The translations under genes were made by a program, and so were the position numbers. Source: a virus (Duplodnaviria; Caudoviricetes). Taken from it: a stretch of 60,440 nucleotides of DNA. Numbering within the stretch: position 1 is the first letter of the stretch; each line of letters starts with the position of its first letter. Below are positions 17,703 through 26,709 of this stretch, piece by piece. The stretch is from positions 1 through 60,440 of the IMG/VR virus record IMGVR_UViG_3300044297_000142. One strand, 5' to 3'. The notes beneath the pieces were generated by a model. It was not told the DNA's origin and did no database searches. It worked only from the letters and a program-made list of their open reading frames with translations.

Positions 17703-18310
17703 ACTTTGTCTTTCAGGAGCGGAATGGTTATTCTGCTTTTGCTTTATATAATTCATTGAAACTTCACTTTAGTTCCCCATCCTATGATTACTTCAAGTAT
17801 CATGGCAAAACAAACATAAGTGAAAATTCATTCATGGTGAGGAAAGACAAATACTCTTTCTATAAATTGTCACGCAAGTACAATCTTGAGGAGTTGAAAA
17901 ACTTTTACATTGCCAATTTATTGGAAAAAGATATCAAGTGGATTGGTGACATTATGGGACCAGAAGGTGAAGAAACCTACAAGGCCTGGAAGAAACGCAA
18001 AGAGAGCTTGACATACCAGTTCGAACAAGATATAATGTTCTTATTCGAATCATCCGGCAGTTTTTTGTATTCAGACAACGGATCATATCCGTATTTGCTG
18101 ACGATGATGTTACAAGGTGAAGTGATGGTTGAAACTGTGGCCATATTGAATGATTTGATGGGATTCTTCCCTATGTGGGAAAGAAAAATAACTGACGATA
18201 TCATTTGGCCAAACTGGAAACTCAAGATTGAAAAGTATACGCCGTTTATATATTATGATAAACAGAAATTTAAGTCCATTGTAAAAGAAAGTATGCATGA
18301 AAATATCTAA
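17699..18310 (+). CDS. gp59: helicase loader
   Basis: LKLHF...YDYFKYHGK, RKDKY.F.KL, KYTPF. Confidence 0.9.
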   Translation: MNFVFQERNGYSAFALYNSLKLHFSSPSYDYFKYHGKTNISENSFMVRKDKYSFYKLSRKYNLEELKNFYIANLLEKDIKWIGDIMGPEGEETYKAWKKRKESLTYQFEQDIMFLFESSGSFLYSDNGSYPYLLTMMLQGEVMVETVAILNDLMGFFPMWERKITDDIIWPNWKLKIEKYTPFIYYDKQKFKSIVKESMHENI

Positions 18311-18776
18311 AATTTACGTTGACATGGATGGTGTTCTGTGTAACTTTGAAAAGCGATACAAAGAATTGTATGGTGACATTAGAGAGCAAGACCGTAGGAA
18401 AACATTCAGACCAAACTTTTTTGAATTCATTGAATCCGGTCAGTTTGCAAACTTAGAACCTATGGAAGATTTTGGTGTATTGAAAGTATTTTTGGATTCT
18501 ATCAGTACACCAAAAGAAATTTGTTCTTCTACCGCATACGAAGAAACATACCAAACTATTTCAAATCAGAAAAACATTTGGTTACAAAAATATGGAATTA
18601 ATTGGCCATCCAATTTTGTTCCAGGCAAACGACACAAGTACAAGTTTGCCACACCAGATTCTCTAATCATTGATGATACCTTGAGTGTCATTGAAGATTG
18701 GCGAAAAGCAGGTGGCATTGCCATCTGGCACAATAATGCATTGTCTACCATTATGCAACTAAAAATGTACGTTTAA
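18297..18776 (+). CDS. HAD-family 5'(3')-deoxyribonucleotidase-like protein
   Basis: IYVDMDGVL motif I, K..WL, LIIDD motif IV, W..AGG.AI. Confidence 0.85.
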   Translation: MKISKIYVDMDGVLCNFEKRYKELYGDIREQDRRKTFRPNFFEFIESGQFANLEPMEDFGVLKVFLDSISTPKEICSSTAYEETYQTISNQKNIWLQKYGINWPSNFVPGKRHKYKFATPDSLIIDDTLSVIEDWRKAGGIAIWHNNALSTIMQLKMYV

Positions 18777-18780
18777 CTTG

Positions 18781-18860
18781 GATAAATATACATATATGAT
18801 GAATAAAGTGGATAATACATTTAATACTCCGTTAATACTCCGTAATACGAAAGGAAAATT
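18781..18860 (+). promoter_or_regulatory. gene 32 leader: late-type promoter GATAAATA plus four TAATAC repeats
   Basis: GATAAATA 18781-88; TAATAC at 18813, 18822, 18833, 18843 directly before the AAGGA RBS. Confidence 0.55.
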
Positions 18861-19739
18861 ATGAGCTCATTTGCATCTCTAAAAAAATCTTCAGGCAATC
18901 TGGAGAAACTCACTAAGGCCATCGAGCAACTCAACAGCTCTTCAGAAGGTGGTAAATCCGATGACAAGTTCTGGCGTCCAGAAGTAGACAAAGCTGGTAA
19001 CGGCATGGCTACAATCCGTTTCTTGCCTGCACCTCCTGCTGATGGTGAAGATGGACTACCCTGGGTCAAGGTCTTTTCCCATGGATTCCAAGGTCCTGGT
19101 GGTTGGTTAATTGATAATTGTTTGACCACAAAGAATCAACAATGTCCAGTTTGTGAACACAACAACCGTTTGTGGAACTCTGGTATTGAAGCCAACAAAG
19201 AAATCGTGCGTAAACAAAAACGCAAACTCAACTACATTGCTAACGTCTACATTGTCAGCGATCCAAAACATCCTGAGAATGATGGACAAGTCAAACTGTT
19301 CAAGTTTGGTAAGAAAATCTTTGACAAGATTAATGAAGCAATGAATCCTGCTTTTGAAGATGAAACACCTATCAATCCATTTGATTTGTGGAAAGGTGCC
19401 AACTTCAAGTTGAAGATTCGTAAAGTTGATGGTTACCAAAATTATGACAAGAGTGAATTTGAATCTGCATCAGCTTTGTTTGATGATGATGAAGAACTTG
19501 AAAAGGTTTGGAAACAAGAACACTCTTTGCAAGATTTGGTTTCTGATAAAGAATTCAAGTCTTATGATGACTTGAAGAGCCGTCTTGATAAAGTGTTGGG
19601 TGCTGCTGATGCACCTAAGACAACTGTTGAACAGGCTCGTTCTAAAGCAGTTTCGATTCCTGCTCGTGCTGAACACGATATTGCATCAGATGATGATGAC
19701 GATATGGCTTACTTCAGCAAGTTGGCTGAACAAGACTAA
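18861..19739 (+). CDS. gp32: single-stranded DNA-binding protein
   Basis: D.RFW-like start, IRFLPAP, HGFQGPGGW.I.NC.TT...CPVCE, GANFKLK, acidic tail. Confidence 0.96.
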   Translation: MSSFASLKKSSGNLEKLTKAIEQLNSSSEGGKSDDKFWRPEVDKAGNGMATIRFLPAPPADGEDGLPWVKVFSHGFQGPGGWLIDNCLTTKNQQCPVCEHNNRLWNSGIEANKEIVRKQKRKLNYIANVYIVSDPKHPENDGQVKLFKFGKKIFDKINEAMNPAFEDETPINPFDLWKGANFKLKIRKVDGYQNYDKSEFESASALFDDDEELEKVWKQEHSLQDLVSDKEFKSYDDLKSRLDKVLGAADAPKTTVEQARSKAVSIPARAEHDIASDDDDDMAYFSKLAEQD

Positions 19740-19765
19740 ACTGAGAATCCTTTCTTCACAGTTTG

Positions 19766-19789
19766 ACCCCGCCTAGTGCGGGGTTTTTT
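19766..19789 (+). terminator. rho-independent terminator
   Basis: ACCCCGC-ctagt-GCGGGGT then T-run, between convergent genes. Confidence 0.9.
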
Positions 19790-19790
19790 A

Positions 19791-21200
19791 TTACACCAAT
19801 CTGGTTGAACCCATAATCATTCGCATGAATGTAGGTTCATCATTGTGTACGGCAATCTCACTTAATTTGGCAATCTTTTGTTGTCGATTGTTTGCGTTTT
19901 GTACCACATTATTTACGGTGTTTTGTGTTCCAGTATTTGGTGTTGCTGGCAGATTGGCCGCAACATTTTCTGCCATAACAGTATTCAATTGATTTGATGA
20001 TGTTGACATAGGTGATGCGGCCGCATTTTGTCTGGTTAATCTGGCAGTTTCCGCATCTGTTTCATCAGGCATTGTAGGTGCTGATAGTTTTACTGGTTCA
20101 GCACTAGATTTTTTAACTGGATTTGCATTATCATCCAAACGAATATAACCCTGTTTCTTTTCCTGTTCTGTTAAACCAGACTTTTCATCAAATCCAATTT
20201 CTTCAAGGTATTTCTTTTGTAAATCTGAATCTTTCCAAAATGCGAAAGATTTTTTATTTGATGGTCTTTGAGACAATAAATTTTCTTTTCTTTTTTGCAC
20301 AAGGTTTTCATCTGTTGGTTCTTGTGCGGCCATTATAGCTGCACTTTCAGCAGAAACATCCCCAGCTTTGATCAAACTTTCGGCTGTTTTTTGATTGGCT
20401 TCTTCAGAGGCTTGACTGATTAACCAATATGCTAAAGCACCAGCCGCAGCCATACCTAAAAATACAGGATTCATCAACACAAGTCTGAATACATTACTGC
20501 CCAAAAATTTTAACAAAGGCTCTGCAAAAGAAGTTAAATTTTTTAACCATGCAAATGGACTTAATGCAGTATCAATTATACCTTGTACCATATCCTTTAT
20601 TTTTGATACGATGCCTTCGACCAAACCACCAAAATCAAAACCTTCTTTTTGTTCTGTTTTTGTTACAACCTGTGCGGTTGATTTGCCTGTTTTTAATTTT
20701 GTAAGTGCGGCAATAAATTCATCGTGTCGTTTCTTGGATTCAATTTCTCTTTCTTCTTTGAAGTTTTGTTCTTTTTCTTTTCTTTTGATATCTTTATCGG
20801 TAGATGTTTTTAAGAAACTATAAATCTTCAATAATTGTTCATTGATACCTTCTATATCACCGCCTTCTCCTATACCGGATGTTATCTTTGATGCAGTTCC
20901 TTTACCAACACGTATTGGTCTGTTACGACCAGTGAAATATTCAATATCACGAACATCACGACCCATCAATCTACCAAGTAAAGCGGGTGCAAGTTTTGAA
21001 CCACCAGTTAGGAACTTTGCAATATTTAAAGGATCGAATTTCTCTTTGATACCTTTTATCTTTGATTGTGCTTTCAAAGATATGGTTCTACCAACGGCTT
21101 TGGTAATTGATTTCTCATATAGTAGTTGGTCGGCCAATAAATCGGTTACTTTTGTACCACGAATTCTTCTGGCTTTTTGATATGTTAAACCTTGATCCAT
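19791..21200 (-). CDS. baseplate hub / tape-measure-like protein
   Basis: Helical and charged with hydrophobic amphipathic middle; position downstream of gp26/gp51. Confidence 0.5.
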   Translation of the reverse strand: MDQGLTYQKARRIRGTKVTDLLADQLLYEKSITKAVGRTISLKAQSKIKGIKEKFDPLNIAKFLTGGSKLAPALLGRLMGRDVRDIEYFTGRNRPIRVGKGTASKITSGIGEGGDIEGINEQLLKIYSFLKTSTDKDIKRKEKEQNFKEEREIESKKRHDEFIAALTKLKTGKSTAQVVTKTEQKEGFDFGGLVEGIVSKIKDMVQGIIDTALSPFAWLKNLTSFAEPLLKFLGSNVFRLVLMNPVFLGMAAAGALAYWLISQASEEANQKTAESLIKAGDVSAESAAIMAAQEPTDENLVQKRKENLLSQRPSNKKSFAFWKDSDLQKKYLEEIGFDEKSGLTEQEKKQGYIRLDDNANPVKKSSAEPVKLSAPTMPDETDAETARLTRQNAAASPMSTSSNQLNTVMAENVAANLPATPNTGTQNTVNNVVQNANNRQQKIAKLSEIAVHNDEPTFMRMIMGSTRLV

Positions 21201-21203
21201 TTT

Positions 21204-22532
21204 TTAACCTTTTGATACTCGTTCAAAAGCGGATCTATCATCCACTTTAATTGGTGTTGTTTGATTTGGTTGTGAAGTGTTCACAGTAACATTGTTTATT
21301 ATGTTTGACATAGAACTTTGATCATTTATATTATTTTTTGTATCTTTGTTTTCTGTTGACATGGAATCTACTTTTTGACCGGTGGTTGGTGTAATTACGT
21401 TTGGACCGGCTGTTTGACTTTTTTTACCATTACGTATCATGTCAACAATTTTTACTGCACGACCTTTAACCTGAGTGTACCATTTACTATCTTTAAGTCC
21501 TTCAGCCGCAGCATCAAAATTACCATCAGCCAAGGCCTTGGATGTTTTAGGCCAAGATTTATACCAAGTTCCACCCAAATTATATGCCAAGTCTATCATG
21601 GCTGCTTGGCCTGTTTCGTTGGCCAAATCCCAACCAGGAGTTTTCATGGCCATCGTTTTATGTTTTGCATAATCTTCTTCAAACAACTTTTGTATTTGTT
21701 CGTTTGTCATTGCTGGTGTTTTATTGTTTTTCTTATCAAAAGGACCACCATTATTTTTATATGCTTCATATTCTGGTGGCAATTTTTTTCCATCACCAAT
21801 TAAGTGACCCACACCAATAGTCCACAGACCTTTTGAATCTTTATATGGATAATTAACAACACCTTCATGGTCCATAATCATTTTTTTGGTTGCAGCGTCT
21901 GTACCAGAAGGAATAACTGGTTTGACAGGCTCCACTTTAGGTGTTGGTTTAACAGGTTCTACCTTGACTGGAGGTTTAGGAGCTTCAGGTGGTTTTACTG
22001 GTTCAACCTTTGGTTTTGGTATTTCAGCAGGTTTGACTGGTTCTGCTGTTGGCTTTGGTTCTGGTTTAGGTGTTGGCTTTGGTGCCTCTGCTTTTGGTGC
22101 AGGTTTTGGCGCCTCAGGTTTAGGTGCAGGCTTTGGTGCTTCTGCCTTTGGCGCAGGTTTAGGCAATTCTGCTTTTGGTTTTGGTGCCTCAGCAGGTTTC
22201 TCTACTTGTTTTGCCTTTTGTTCCTGTTTTATTTTCTTTGTTTCTTTTTCTATCTTTTTTTCGATAGTTTTCTTAGCAGGTCTTTTGACAGTCAAAGCTT
22301 TCAATATTTCTCTGTGTCTTTGTTTTTCTTGGCGTTCTTCAGCCTTACTGTCTCTAAGATTATCTTTGTATTCTTTGTTTCTAAAATCTTCTCTTTGAAC
22401 AAGCATTTTGTGAATACCAGATATTATTTCTATGCTTGAAGAATTTTCACCAATAGAATCCTTGGGCTTTCTACTGAATAGGCCCATCATCTTACCGAAA
22501 ATTCCCTTACTTTTATCTGATACTTCAGGCAT
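21204..22532 (-). CDS. virion protein with GH24 (T4-type) lysozyme domain and Pro/Lys-rich linker
   Basis: HEG....Y.DSKGLWTIGVGHL catalytic E-D-T motif; SKWYTQV..RA; PKPAPKAEA repeats. Confidence 0.85.
   Translation of the reverse strand: MPEVSDKSKGIFGKMMGLFSRKPKDSIGENSSSIEIISGIHKMLVQREDFRNKEYKDNLRDSKAEERQEKQRHREILKALTVKRPAKKTIEKKIEKETKKIKQEQKAKQVEKPAEAPKPKAELPKPAPKAEAPKPAPKPEAPKPAPKAEAPKPTPKPEPKPTAEPVKPAEIPKPKVEPVKPPEAPKPPVKVEPVKPTPKVEPVKPVIPSGTDAATKKMIMDHEGVVNYPYKDSKGLWTIGVGHLIGDGKKLPPEYEAYKNNGGPFDKKNNKTPAMTNEQIQKLFEEDYAKHKTMAMKTPGWDLANETGQAAMIDLAYNLGGTWYKSWPKTSKALADGNFDAAAEGLKDSKWYTQVKGRAVKIVDMIRNGKKSQTAGPNVITPTTGQKVDSMSTENKDTKNNINDQSSMSNIINNVTVNTSQPNQTTPIKVDDRSAFERVSKG
21900..22200 (-). 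repeat. Pro/Lys/Ala coding repeats (PKPAPKAEA, EPVKP)
   Basis: Degenerate tandem repeats visible in DNA and protein. Confidence 0.75.
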
Positions 22533-22715
22533 TTACTTTCTCATTCGTTCTTTTAGTTTTCTATTTTCTTCTTCAAGATACTGAATTAACAAAGTCACAT
22601 AAATGTCCCGTTCCCACGGTATCATATTTTCAAGTTCAGTCAGACTATATTTGTGGTGTTGCATCAATCCAAAATTAGTCTTAAAGTAATTCTTTAAATC
22701 ATCATAACAAATCAA
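22533..22715 (-). CDS. gp51: gp51-like baseplate/tail assembly protein (probably expressed as a -1 frameshift extension of gp26)
   Basis: NYFKTNFGLMQHHKYSLTELENMIPWERDIYV; only a TTG start without RBS. Confidence 0.8.
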   Translation of the reverse strand: MICYDDLKNYFKTNFGLMQHHKYSLTELENMIPWERDIYVTLLIQYLEEENRKLKERMRK

Positions 22716-23440
22716 AACACGAAAAAATTTTCAAGACCCTCAACTTCCATGTTGTGTATAAAACCACATTTAGAACAGGTCAACATGATATTTTTCTTCA
22801 TCTTTGGTAGATTTTCAAAAAATCTTTCAATCTTTTCAAATTGTGCTTGGTTCAATTGCTCAATAAAATCCAACAATTCTTCTTTGGTTGTCTCTTTTGC
22901 ATAATAAAATTGTTCACCATCATAGATGTATTCAATTGAACTTGCAATCATATTAAATGTCACATCAGTAACATTATCCATATTTACAGAATCTTTAATG
23001 ATACCAAATTTTGGATAACGCATCTTTACAATAAGTTTATCAGTAATTTGTATCTCAGGATCAACCCTTTCTTCCCATTCTGGCTTGATTGTGGTAAGAT
23101 CGATTTTGGTTTCCATGATGTTGCCACATTCTCTGTCACCAACATCATTGTTACAACGGTATTTTGATTCTACCACTTCACCTACGGATTTTGCACGGAG
23201 GTTGATGAAGTAATACTCAACATCAAGTATTGGAAAATCGTCTATATCGATTCCTGGTGTCAAGGTGCATACATTTAATATCTCTCTGACATTGTATTGT
23301 ATGGTCTCTGCATCACCAGATTCCATGGCCATCATTAGGTTTTTTTGTTCCTTAACCAAAAATGGTCGGTATTTAATTTTCTTTCCAGAAAGTGGCAATT
23401 CAAGTTCATATGTTGGCACTTCAAGTTTTGGTAAAGCCAT
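22712..23440 (-). CDS. gp26: gp26-like baseplate hub assembly protein
   Basis: MALPK...P.YEL.LP, YRPFLVKE.K.L, LRAKSVGE, CxxC, EGLENFF. Confidence 0.9.
   Translation of the reverse strand: MALPKLEVPTYELELPLSGKKIKYRPFLVKEQKNLMMAMESGDAETIQYNVREILNVCTLTPGIDIDDFPILDVEYYFINLRAKSVGEVVESKYRCNNDVGDRECGNIMETKIDLTTIKPEWEERVDPEIQITDKLIVKMRYPKFGIIKDSVNMDNVTDVTFNMIASSIEYIYDGEQFYYAKETTKEELLDFIEQLNQAQFEKIERFFENLPKMKKNIMLTCSKCGFIHNMEVEGLENFFVF
22721..22727 (-). promoter_or_regulatory. candidate -1 slippery heptamer T TTT TTC
   Basis: X XXY YYZ in gp26 frame, 2 codons before its stop; -1 frame is the gp51 frame. Confidence 0.65.
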
Positions 23441-23454
23441 AATATCTCCTCAGT

Positions 23455-23994
23455 TTAAATGACAAATGTTCTATTGAACCATCTTGTATAAGCAAAAGTT
23501 ACTGTTAATTTGTGATAACCATCAGCAGACCAATCTAAATCCATCTGATTGATGTTCATTGGATAACATTCATAGAAATCAGCTGCATATGTTAATTTGT
23601 TTTGATTGTCGTATTGATTGACAGTCAAATATGTTGCATAATCAGATTTATATTTAAAGTTGTTTGTAAATGCAGGGTTTATATATTCCATCCAAGTATC
23701 AAAAATATATTTTTGACTCATTTCAGAATCAACAATAAATGTCAAATCCAAATCATTGTATGTTGTCAGATATGGATGTTTTTCGATTGGACCATATGTT
23801 TTTTGTTCGGCTGTTGCAAATGTTCGGCTTGGTAACTGTGCATTTTCGCAACTGTATTTCAATGTTCTGTTTGCATTTGGTTGGCCAGCAAAAACAGATA
23901 ACACAGGAGGAATCACAATATTCACATCAAAACGATGTGGTCTTGCAAGTTCCTTCTTAAAATTGGCTCTGAATTCTGATATGCTTCCTGCCAT
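23455..23994 (-). CDS. tail tube-like / baseplate-tube initiator (gp19/gp54 fold)
   Basis: LARPHRF.V, CE.AQLP, F..W...I, YP.....LDW, LTVTFAY..W; start moved to 23994. Confidence 0.75.
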   Translation of the reverse strand: MAGSISEFRANFKKELARPHRFDVNIVIPPVLSVFAGQPNANRTLKYSCENAQLPSRTFATAEQKTYGPIEKHPYLTTYNDLDLTFIVDSEMSQKYIFDTWMEYINPAFTNNFKYKSDYATYLTVNQYDNQNKLTYAADFYECYPMNINQMDLDWSADGYHKLTVTFAYTRWFNRTFVI

Positions 23995-24614
23995 TATATT
24001 GTCCTTATTTGTTCTACTGATTCTTGCCAAACTGTTTTGGCATTTTCTTTTTTAAATTGTTGTATTGGTAGATATAACGCAATATCCCATTCCTGTGGTT
24101 CAATCGATAGAATCTTGGACCTAATGTGACTATACAGATATTTTTTGATACAAGGTCTAAATTCTCTATATCTTTTTGATGAATCTAATATTGGGTATGT
24201 AATTCTTATTCTTTTAATTTCATCTTCATCATTATAAATGGCCAATGGCATCAACTTTCTCATAAAATTGATACGATATTTAATTGGAAGATAATGAAAA
24301 TTCAAACCAATAAAACCATCAGGTTCTCTTTTCAAAGGCATTACCAATGGAAAAGTATCGTAATAGGGCAGTTCGGCTTTTGTTTTAGGATTGTAAAAGA
24401 AATAATACAATCCACCAATCAAAAACTTTTGTCTGTCACTTGGTCGAACATAACGATGTGTTTCTTTTGTCAAAGGTCTAACCATCGTATAAGGATTTCT
24501 TAGACTTTGTACTCGTTTCATTAACCAATTCAAAGACTCACGGCTCATGGTCGTATATTGAGCCGATAATTTTTCGTCTGATAATGTGGTAAGTATAGAA
24601 GGTTTTGTAGCCAT
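23994..24614 (-). CDS. gp2: DNA end protector
   Basis: Y.PKTK..LPYYDTFPL, GLNFHYLP...R, PCIK.YL..H, W..A..LP...F. Confidence 0.92.
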   Translation of the reverse strand: MATKPSILTTLSDEKLSAQYTTMSRESLNWLMKRVQSLRNPYTMVRPLTKETHRYVRPSDRQKFLIGGLYYFFYNPKTKAELPYYDTFPLVMPLKREPDGFIGLNFHYLPIKYRINFMRKLMPLAIYNDEDEIKRIRITYPILDSSKRYREFRPCIKKYLYSHIRSKILSIEPQEWDIALYLPIQQFKKENAKTVWQESVEQIRTI

Positions 24615-24619
24615 TACAA

Positions 24620-24627
24620 TATTTAGG
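24620..24627 (-). promoter_or_regulatory. late-type promoter (CCTAAATA)
   Basis: TAAATA core just upstream of the gp2 start. Confidence 0.45.
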
Positions 24628-25062
24628 TCAGAGTCCTAGATGATCTTCCGTCAGAATTTTAAACTCCCAACCACGATCTTTACAATATTCTATGGCTGAC
24701 TTCCATTTGGCTTGATTGACACCCCATGTGGCAACTTCAGTGATGTATTGTTTAGTGACACGTTTCTTTTTCTCTGGTGGTTGTGTTTGTTTCTTCGGTT
24801 TGACCTCTAACATCATGGTTTTGGTCTTTCCGTCTTGCGTTTTGACTTTAACCAGAAAATCTGGGAAATATCTGTGCCATTTGTTATCTACAGGAGAATG
24901 ATAAGGAATGGCAATTTCTTCTGATGCCCATGTTACTATACTTGGGTTTTTATCAAGCCAGGTCATCACCCTCGCTTCCCACGTTGAGCGATAAATGATG
25001 TTACTAGGGTCTCCTGCGTATTTACCAGGGTTTTTGGGTCTAAATGTTCCTGAATATGCCAT
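24628..25062 (-). CDS. gp4: head completion nuclease
   Basis: P.NP.KY.GD...IIYRS.WE, W.SEE..IPY, RYFPDF, EVKP, N.AKW..A; start moved to 25062. Confidence 0.93.
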   Translation of the reverse strand: MAYSGTFRPKNPGKYAGDPSNIIYRSTWEARVMTWLDKNPSIVTWASEEIAIPYHSPVDNKWHRYFPDFLVKVKTQDGKTKTMMLEVKPKKQTQPPEKKKRVTKQYITEVATWGVNQAKWKSAIEYCKDRGWEFKILTEDHLGL

Positions 25063-25067
25063 AAATA
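25060..25067 (+). promoter_or_regulatory. late-type promoter CATAAATA (overlaps gp4 start codon)
   Basis: ATAAATA core ~30 bp before gp48. Confidence 0.55.
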
Positions 25068-25094
25068 ATATATATCTTTTTTTTCGGAAGAACA

Positions 25095-26108
25095 ATGGCT
25101 GTTTCAATAATTCAAAACTATGGTATCGGTAATAATCCGTCAGACCAATCTTTTGCTGGTCCTTTGGCGGCTTTGTATAACAACCGTTATGCTTTCGATT
25201 CTTTGCAGTATCCTAGAGACTTGGGTTCAAGTTATAAAGGTCATATTGTAAAGTTTGATATTTATGAAGTTGTTCCAAAAACATTAAATGAAATAAAAGA
25301 TTATGTTATTTCAACAGCAGAAGCAGGTGCAAAAGCCACAGCAAACGGTGTTATTGCTGGCGCTCAGGCAATAGGATCGGTTATTTCAACAGGTTACAAT
25401 CAAGGTGGAGTTGCTGCGGCTGAACAAGTTGGCCAATCAGTTTCACAAGCATGGGATAAACTTGCATCAGGTCAACTCACATCCACAACAATACAAATCA
25501 GTCCACAGGTTTCTGGTGTCAAAGCGTCAATTTCACTTTACATGCCAGATACAGTAGAATTTACATATGCATCACAATATAACAATCTATCTTTAGCTGA
25601 TGCTGCAGGTTCTTTGCCACTTGTTGGTAGTATTGCAAAAGCAATCACCTCGGGTGAATATGGTGTACAAGGAAATGCAGCACTTAGATTAGGACTGAAT
25701 GCTGCAGGTTATGTTTTCAATCCACAACAACAATTGTTATTTGAAGGTATTGATTTTAGAACATATAGTATGTCATTTACATTTACACCAAGTTCTCCAC
25801 AAGAAGCAGACAACGTAAAAAATATCATTCAAACATTTAGAAAATACGCTGCACCAACTGTTGTTACAGGTGCGGCAGGTTTCTTCTTCAATCCTCCAGG
25901 CATGGTTGATGTGAGTTTCTTGTATAATGGTTCAAAGAATCCAAACCTAAATTATATTAAAAGAAGTGTTATTGAATCTATTGATGTAAACTATGCACCA
26001 AACGGTTGGGCTGCACATGAAGATGGTGCACCAGTTCAAACAACAATTACAATACAGTTCAAAGAAATGTTCTTGGTAGATAGAAAAGCTATAGAACAGG
26101 GTTATTAA
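25095..26108 (+). CDS. gp48: baseplate tail tube cap
   Basis: LQYP.DL, I.LYMP, NP...LLFEG.DFR.Y...F.F.P.S..EA, V.YAPNG, F.E. Confidence 0.85.
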   Translation: MAVSIIQNYGIGNNPSDQSFAGPLAALYNNRYAFDSLQYPRDLGSSYKGHIVKFDIYEVVPKTLNEIKDYVISTAEAGAKATANGVIAGAQAIGSVISTGYNQGGVAAAEQVGQSVSQAWDKLASGQLTSTTIQISPQVSGVKASISLYMPDTVEFTYASQYNNLSLADAAGSLPLVGSIAKAITSGEYGVQGNAALRLGLNAAGYVFNPQQQLLFEGIDFRTYSMSFTFTPSSPQEADNVKNIIQTFRKYAAPTVVTGAAGFFFNPPGMVDVSFLYNGSKNPNLNYIKRSVIESIDVNYAPNGWAAHEDGAPVQTTITIQFKEMFLVDRKAIEQGY

Positions 26109-26109
26109 A

Positions 26110-26709
26110 ATGAAATATTTTCAACAATTACCTAAAATTCTGGTAAAAGACAAGACAGGTGTTTCTTCCCTGTACACCAATATCATGGCACGTGCAAGTA
26201 TTATCAACAGTTTGTTGGATAACCCCGTGTTATGTTACACCTATGATATACAGGATGGTGATACACCAGAGATTGTTGCCGACAAATTTTATGGTGACAG
26301 TTATCGTTATTGGTTGGTAATGTTTGCAAATCAAATGACAGATCCACAATGGGACTGGCCTTTAAATTCAAAAAACTTTAATGATTATATTGCAGACAAA
26401 TACACGGAGTTTGATCCATACAGTACAGTATATCAATTTGAAAAAGTGGTCACACAGTATGAGTCAACAACAAAAACAACAACTGTAAATACGTATGTAA
26501 TTGATGAACACACCTATGATACTTTAACAGAATCTACCACATCATATACATTTCCTTCGGGTACCACAACAATTACCATTACTAAAAACGCAAAAACATA
26601 TTTTCAACACGAACTTGAAGAAAATGAAGCCAGAAGAAACATCAAGTTGTTGAAAAGAGAATATGCTTTGCAGATTGAAAATGAATTTAAAACATTGATG
26701 GGCACATAA
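26110..26709 (+). CDS. gp53: baseplate wedge subunit (LysM-like)
   Basis: YF..LP, Y.IQDGDTPE.VA.KFYG....W.V...N, DWPL, E...NE.RR.IKLL. Confidence 0.88.
   Translation: MKYFQQLPKILVKDKTGVSSLYTNIMARASIINSLLDNPVLCYTYDIQDGDTPEIVADKFYGDSYRYWLVMFANQMTDPQWDWPLNSKNFNDYIADKYTEFDPYSTVYQFEKVVTQYESTTKTTTVNTYVIDEHTYDTLTESTTSYTFPSGTTTITITKNAKTYFQHELEENEARRNIKLLKREYALQIENEFKTLMGT

Noticed and set aside
21375-22439. Long + strand ORFs opposite the lysozyme gene, and similar antisense or alternate-frame ORFs over the Gly-rich, fibre and collagen genes
   Set aside because: Shadow frames produced by low-complexity codon repeats; no RBS or protein-like composition.
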